Assembly (NCBI GenBank): GCA_963789265.1
Contig: CAWBKB010000001.1
Location: 2,368,001-2,432,000 of the forward strand
Length of the DNA: 64,000 nucleotides
Direction of reading: 5' to 3'
From: an uncultured delta proteobacterium
Lineage (GTDB): Bacteria; Desulfobacterota; Desulfomonilia; Desulfomonilales; Desulfomonilaceae
The notes under the pieces were generated by a model that worked only from the letters and a program-made list of their open reading frames with translations, did not search any database and was not told where the DNA came from. Both the position numbers and the translations under genes were made by a program. Numbering within the stretch: position 1 is the first letter of the stretch; each line of letters starts with the position of its first letter. Of this stretch, positions 58,987 through 64,000 are shown piece by piece.

Positions 58987-59387
58987 AAGTGAGTACCTCC
59001 GGCGAGTGTTAGCACGCTAAAGGCGTGGTTGGAAGGGTATTGGGTAGCTCGCTCACACAGAGCAAGCGCCCCGGATTTTGCCGCTTTTGATGCCGGTCCG
59101 TATTAAAGCCGTTACCGCGGGGTGTCTCGACCTCAGCCATGCGTCCCGCACGAAGCGACGCTATTTCTTTGGCTCAAGCTCAACAGAGCCCATACTCGTT
59201 TTCACTTTACAGTATTTTGCCTTTGCAACGCAATCAATTTTTCCGCTGTAAGCTTCGGTGGAGCCAACGCATCCGGGGTGGAGGAACAACTGTGCAGGTG
59301 CTGGAAAATGTACATCGACCGTGCCACGCCTTGGTGCGATTTTTGGAATCCATCGACTCTATGGAGTTTCAGGACAATGAACTTTGA

Positions 59388-60806
59388 TCAACTGCTGAAG
59401 AAGACCTGAAAGGCCTTGTGACACATCCAGACGTCGTCTTTGGAGCTGACTTCCAGGGGAGAATGCATACCCAGTACCGCGGGGCCGCAATCGATGATAT
59501 CCACTCCGGCGTTGGCCAGGTACTTGGCTACTGTGCCGCCGCCCCCTTCATCGATCTTTCCTAAGCCCGCAGCCTGCCAGATGATATTGTTATCGTTAAA
59601 CAGCTTGCGAACCCAGGCCGCGTACTCCACGTTCGCGTCCGATGCCATGTACTTACCACCGCTACCGGTGTACTTGGTGATATTTATCCCGTGGCCGAGT
59701 TTCGCGCTGTTCCGTTTCTGGTACACGTCCGGATAGGTCGGGTCAATTGCCGCATTAACATCCGCAGAGAGAGCTTTGCTGCTGAAAAGGACCTTGTGAA
59801 GCATTCTGGAGGTGGGTTCGAGTCCTGTCATGTGCATGAGATCCATCACGAACATTTCCAGAACACGCGACTTAGCGCTCGTATTGCCCTCACTGCCGAT
59901 CTCTTCCTTGTCGTAGAAGACGGCTACCGCAGTATGCTCGGGCTTTTCGGTCTCCATAAGGGCCGTGAAACATGTGTAAGCGCAGACTCTATCGTCTTGA
60001 CCGTACCCGGCAATGAGGCTTCTATCTAATCCGGAGTCTCGAGCCGGCTCAGCGGGCACAATTTGAAGTTCAGCGCTTGTGAAATCCTCCTCGGTAATAT
60101 TATATTTTTTTGCCAGCAGAGCCAGTACTGCCAGCTTGACCCGCTCTTCGGCTTCCTTGTCCTCATAAGGCAGAGCCCCCACAATGAGATTAAGGTTCTC
60201 ACCGGGCATGAATTCCGAAGCCTTTTGCTCCATCTGCTTTTTAGAAAGGTGAGGCAGCAGGTCCGGTATGGTGAATACAGGGTCCTCCGGGGCGAGACCG
60301 ATCTCCACATGTACTGTAGATCCGTCCTCTCGTATGATCGTGCCGCAGACGGCAAGAGAGCGCGCGACCCATTGATACTTCTTGATTCCGCCGTAGTAGT
60401 GGGTCTTTAGGAGCGCAAGCTCCGTATCCTCGTACAGGGGATTGGGCTTCAAGTCCAGCCTGGGGCAGTCCACGTGAGAGGTGATGATCCTAAGCCCGTC
60501 GGTCATCGGCCTTTGCCCTATGACGGCCATGGCCAGGATCTTGCCTCTCAGCGCATGAAATACCCGGGGGATCTTCTTACCGCGGACATCCAGATCCGTG
60601 AAACCATTCTTCGAGGCTACTTCCACGAAAGATTCCACAACCAATCTCTCGGTGCGGGCGCGGTTGAGGAAATCGCGATACCCTTGTGCATAGGAAAATA
60701 CCTGCTTTTTCTCCCGCTCTCCCAGCCGGTCCCACGCGCGGGTCGCTTCCTGGAAGAGCTTCTGGTGCAGGTCGCGGGTCTTCTTCGATGCTTTAGACGT
60801 AGGCAT
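59388..60806 (-). CDS. M18 family aminopeptidase
   Basis: HVDCPRLDLKPNP, THYYGGIKKYQW, GQDDR, DKEEIGS, MHSPLE. Confidence 0.93.
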   Translation of the reverse strand: MPTSKASKKTRDLHQKLFQEATRAWDRLGEREKKQVFSYAQGYRDFLNRARTERLVVESFVEVASKNGFTDLDVRGKKIPRVFHALRGKILAMAVIGQRPMTDGLRIITSHVDCPRLDLKPNPLYEDTELALLKTHYYGGIKKYQWVARSLAVCGTIIREDGSTVHVEIGLAPEDPVFTIPDLLPHLSKKQMEQKASEFMPGENLNLIVGALPYEDKEAEERVKLAVLALLAKKYNITEEDFTSAELQIVPAEPARDSGLDRSLIAGYGQDDRVCAYTCFTALMETEKPEHTAVAVFYDKEEIGSEGNTSAKSRVLEMFVMDLMHMTGLEPTSRMLHKVLFSSKALSADVNAAIDPTYPDVYQKRNSAKLGHGINITKYTGSGGKYMASDANVEYAAWVRKLFNDNNIIWQAAGLGKIDEGGGGTVAKYLANAGVDIIDCGPAVLGMHSPLEVSSKDDVWMCHKAFQVFFSS

Positions 60807-60872
60807 GTTGTCCTCAAATGTATTTCAATGGAAACGTACTCGGCACCCTGCGCACAATAACATTCTTTGGGG

Positions 60873-62051
60873 TCATCGTGTTAGGCCCAAGTTCCGGCTC
60901 AACGCTTCGTCCGAACTCCTATGAGTCTGACATACTAAGTTTTCTTGCCTGGCCTGGGATAGGGCTTGTAGATCGGGGGCATCGTACCCGCGAATTGAGG
61001 AAAGCCCGCGGGACGGGGCATTTTGCAATGGCATTATTCTAATGCCGGAACTTCCACGGGGGATCCAGAGGGTTGAATTGTTCCGGCGAGGATCGAGGAT
61101 CGTCCGAAGCTGCTCCAAGAGGCCCAGGGCAGAAGCTGTCGCTGCTTTCACGGGCGGGTAATTCTTGCGTTCGAGAAACGCTCTCGCAATGTTTATGGGG
61201 GTCGCGAATCCTATGCCTTGGCTCTTCCATAACAGAATTGTGTTTATCCCAATCACCTTGCCGTCCAGGTTGAAGAGAGGGCCACCCGAGTTCCCCAGGT
61301 TCATGGCGGCATCAATTTGGATGAGAGGAGGATAGCCGGCTCCCGGGATTGTCCTCTTCTGAGCGCTGACGATGCCTATCATGAGGGACTGGCCGATTCC
61401 GTACGGGTTGCCGATTCCGACTACCCATTCTCCGAGTTCAACAGCATCCGAGTCGCCTAAAAGGACCGGTTGCAAGTTAGTCGCTTCTATCTTCAGGAGG
61501 GCAAGGTCGTTCTTGCTGTCCTTATGCAGAGCCTTCGCCAGGTATCTCTTGCCGTTGAGAAGCTCCACTTCAATTCGGGACCCGCTGCGCAAAACGTGCT
61601 CATTGGTGATAATCAGTCCATTGGGCGAGACAATGAATCCTGAACCATAGCCCATTGCTTTGCCGCTCGATTCTCCGGAAAAACCGAGGTGGCCCAGAGA
61701 AAATGACGACGCCGGATCAACCATACGGATGGCCACAACAGATCTGTTGACTTTCTTGACAATAGCCCTGATATCGGGAAAATTTCCTTGACGAACCAGC
61801 GGCTCCGAAGGTCTTGCCTCATGCCGTTTAGGCCTGAAAGGAATTGGAGAGAGCCCGATTCTGGTCTTTTTCGTAGGATGCCGAAGGTCTTCAGAAAAAA
61901 TTGATTTATAATTCCGGAGGCTACTCGAAGTCGAAGGTGTGGCGGCCTTACGAAGCATGACATCACTGCCGTAAGACACACCGGAAAGAAGGAGCAAACT
62001 CGCGACAAAATGTGATATAATAATCACTATTCCGAATCGGAAAGACGTCAT
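60873..62051 (-). CDS. Trypsin-like S1C (HtrA-like) serine protease without recognisable PDZ
   Basis: GSGFIV..TNEHV, DLALLK, IQIDAAMNLGNSGGPL; C-terminal extent uncertain. Confidence 0.88.
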   Translation of the reverse strand: MTSFRFGIVIIISHFVASLLLLSGVSYGSDVMLRKAATPSTSSSLRNYKSIFSEDLRHPTKKTRIGLSPIPFRPKRHEARPSEPLVRQGNFPDIRAIVKKVNRSVVAIRMVDPASSFSLGHLGFSGESSGKAMGYGSGFIVSPNGLIITNEHVLRSGSRIEVELLNGKRYLAKALHKDSKNDLALLKIEATNLQPVLLGDSDAVELGEWVVGIGNPYGIGQSLMIGIVSAQKRTIPGAGYPPLIQIDAAMNLGNSGGPLFNLDGKVIGINTILLWKSQGIGFATPINIARAFLERKNYPPVKAATASALGLLEQLRTILDPRRNNSTLWIPRGSSGIRIMPLQNAPSRGLSSIRGYDAPDLQALSQARQENLVCQTHRSSDEALSRNLGLTR

Positions 62052-62248
62052 CCACAGACTCCTCTACGCGGTTCCCAAAAAAAACCGCAGGGCTGATGCG
62101 GTTTTCCGGGTGATGGATTTGCATATATTCCTATACTGGACAAGTTGTCAATCGTTTTTTGGATTTTATTCGAAACAATCGCCATGTTCTGTGTATTCTT
62201 TAATGTTTTTGATTAATAAACGTTTGCTGCAAAAGCAGGGATGCGTCT

Positions 62249-62626
62249 ATGTTCGAGGTTGAAATCATAGCCAACTTTTCCGCCGCTCATCGTTTGAGAA
62301 ATTACCACGGGAAGTGCGAACATCTTCATGGACACAATTACAGGGTCCACGTTACCGCGCGGGCCTCGTCCATCGGCGAAGACGGAATGGTCATCGACTT
62401 CGGGGATTTGAAGAAAGCGACGAACCGGGCGCTCGAGCCGTTCGATCACTCCTATCTCAACGAGATCGAGCCATTTGACCGAGTCGAACCTTCCGCGGAG
62501 AACATTGCCGCGTTTCTTTTCGATGAAATCGGTCGCCAACTGAATGATAGGGCTGAGATGCTTCACAGCGTCTCGGTTTGGGAATCGGATGCTTCCAGAG
62601 CCACTTTTGTCAAGGGGATCAATTGA
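62249..62626 (+). CDS. queD: 6-carboxy-5,6,7,8-tetrahydropterin synthase
   Basis: FSAAHRL..CEHLHGHNY, GMVIDF, DHSYLN, SAENIA, WES. Confidence 0.94.
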   Translation: MFEVEIIANFSAAHRLRNYHGKCEHLHGHNYRVHVTARASSIGEDGMVIDFGDLKKATNRALEPFDHSYLNEIEPFDRVEPSAENIAAFLFDEIGRQLNDRAEMLHSVSVWESDASRATFVKGIN

Positions 62627-62730
62627 AAAGGCGTTCAAGCAACGCCAAGCAGTGTCAAGCACTGCGGGAATTTTCAATTGAGCCTCCTCTGTGACCGATT
62701 TCGGTCACTATTGGGATACGGAGAACTCCA

Positions 62731-63570
62731 GTGAAAGTTCTTTCAATGCCTGATGTCCAGAGCCTCCCCGATGGACGCAACCTGGCGATCGACAAGGTCG
62801 GCGTGAAAGGGTTGCGCTATCCTATCTCCGTCAAGGATCGAAGAAAAGGTTTACAGCACACTGTAGGGCTTTTTGACCTTTTCGTCAATCTCCCGCATGA
62901 TTTCAAAGGGACCCACATGAGTCGATTCATAGAGGCCCTTAATGAGTTTCGAGGCGAAATCTCGATGGAGAAGTTTCAGGAGATCCTGGAAAAGATCAAG
63001 GGAAAACTCCATGCCAAGAGCGCACACATGAATGTGGAATTCCCCTACTTCGTCGAAAAGACTGCACCGATTACGGCAACTCCCGGCCTCATGTCTTACA
63101 CATGCTTCATGAGTGGAGCGCTGGCGGAGTCCTTTGACCTCATCGTAGGAGTCGAAGTGCCTGTAATGACCGTCTGCCCGTGCTCCAAAGAGATCTCGGA
63201 CCACGGAGCGCACAACCAGCGCGGGATGGTGAGAGTTCAGCTTAGGTTCAAGAAGTTTTTCTGGATCGAGGAAATAATCGAGGTTGTTGAATCGTCTGTC
63301 AGCTCTGAAATTTACTCGCTACTTAAGCGACCCGATGAAAAGTTCGTTACGGAGCGAGCCCACGAGAACCCTATGTTCGTTGAGGATGTGGTGCGGTCTG
63401 CCGTTTCGCGTCTGCGGGAAATGGACAACTTCCCCTGGTACCGAATAGAGGCGGAGAATTTTGAATCCATCCATAATCACAGCGCCTATGCAATGATAGA
63501 AAAAGATTTTTCCCCTGAGCCCGAGTGTTTTCAGAGACCAGCCGCCACGAGGCACAACGGTTCGATTTAG
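62731..63570 (+). CDS. folE2: GTP cyclohydrolase IB
   Basis: PDVQ..IDKVGV, KGTHMSRF, CPCSKEIS..GAHNQR, KRPDEK, FVED, ESIHNH. Confidence 0.96.
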   Translation: MKVLSMPDVQSLPDGRNLAIDKVGVKGLRYPISVKDRRKGLQHTVGLFDLFVNLPHDFKGTHMSRFIEALNEFRGEISMEKFQEILEKIKGKLHAKSAHMNVEFPYFVEKTAPITATPGLMSYTCFMSGALAESFDLIVGVEVPVMTVCPCSKEISDHGAHNQRGMVRVQLRFKKFFWIEEIIEVVESSVSSEIYSLLKRPDEKFVTERAHENPMFVEDVVRSAVSRLREMDNFPWYRIEAENFESIHNHSAYAMIEKDFSPEPECFQRPAATRHNGSI

Positions 63571-63607
63571 GCAAATTGTCCGGTCTGCTCTAAATACGCG
63601 GGATAAG

Positions 63608-64000
63608 CTATAGAGTTGAACTCCCTTGCTTCCCTGCGAAAACAGGATTTTCTGGATCATTTGCCCACTGCTCGGGATTTGCGGCTATGTAATTACCGAT
63701 AGCTTCCAGTGCTTTCTCATTGCGTATCACGTGGTCGTAATAATTGCGTTGCCAGACAGGGAGCCCAGGAGTACAGCGAAATTCATTAATTAATCTGGTA
63801 CACGCAGACTTGAATCCGCCAACGAATGCCGCAAGAGACCGGCTCCCGGGACCCCGCGCTCGTAGGGGCGACTGGCGGTCGCCCTTCTGGTCTTGTTTCG
63901 GAAGGTTAGGGCGACCGCCAGTCGCCCCTACAGAAGCAGAGATGTCCTTACGGATGAAGACGATTCCATGCAGATGATTGGGCATCACCACAAACGTGTC
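63608..64000 (-). CDS. REP-associated tyrosine transposase (RAYT/IS200-like HUH), 5' end outside window
   Basis: VMPNHLHGI (HUH), FKS, VWQRNYYDHVIR, YI..NP. Confidence 0.92.
   Translation of the reverse strand, partial: DTFVVMPNHLHGIVFIRKDISASVGATGGRPNLPKQDQKGDRQSPLRARGPGSRSLAAFVGGFKSACTRLINEFRCTPGLPVWQRNYYDHVIRNEKALEAIGNYIAANPEQWANDPENPVFAGKQGSSTL
63862..63931. repeat. GTAG-type REP doublet inside the RAYT coding sequence
   Basis: Perfect 24-bp inverted arms GTAGGGGCGACTGGCGGTCGCCCT at 63862-63885 and 63908-63931. Confidence 0.9.

Noticed and set aside
59310..59335. sigma54 promoter upstream of the thiolase
   Set aside because: TGGCAC is present on the minus strand but the -12 element reads ATGT, not TTGC
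62060..62248. preQ1 riboswitch upstream of queD
   Set aside because: The GCGGTT..A8..CCGC hairpin does not fit the preQ1-I layout and lies ~160 nt from the start

Overview
A 64 kb chromosomal window that looks like a sulfate-reducing, aromatic-degrading deltaproteobacterium (Desulfomonile-like; inferred from dsrTMKJOP plus oah/dch). Left to right it holds: (1) an ArsR-headed lipoate operon running off the left edge (arsR, CxxC protein, GcvH-like lipoyl carrier, two DGC proteins, an unannotated 52-aa Cys-rich membrane peptide, a one-Cys OsmC-like protein, lpdA, lipA, lipM/lplA) with no GcvT/GcvP or E1/E2 in view; (2) ankyrin and MauE/DoxX genes; (3) dsrTMKJOP with a clear sigma70 promoter, a long leader and a terminator; (4) a trehalose/glycogen block (DUF5752, treT, treZ, GH57-DUF3536, treY); (5) a multi-PAS hybrid kinase followed by a candidate isoprenoid-modifying cluster (MMPL exporter, single-domain DxDD class II cyclase-like protein, sulfotransferase, outer-membrane barrel, ABBA-fold prenyltransferase-like protein); (6) EamA, an MNT with a truncated HEPN partner, and a second hybrid kinase; (7) a ~7.4 kb integrase-less island at tRNA-Glu whose cargo is separated by two families of direct repeats; (8) tRNA-Glu/tRNA-Lys, ddl-murU-amgK, thiolase-DUF35-oah-dch, M18 peptidase, an HtrA-like protease, queD-folE2 and a RAYT transposase at the right edge. 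Intergenic DNA is full of nested MITE/REP mosaics. Four genes carry single-base frameshifts that are most likely assembly errors. The best novel-system candidates are the stand-alone lipoyl redox relay (1-5940) and the prenyltransferase/cyclase/sulfotransferase/MMPL cluster (28786-36150). All family assignments come from motif recognition by eye; no searches were run.
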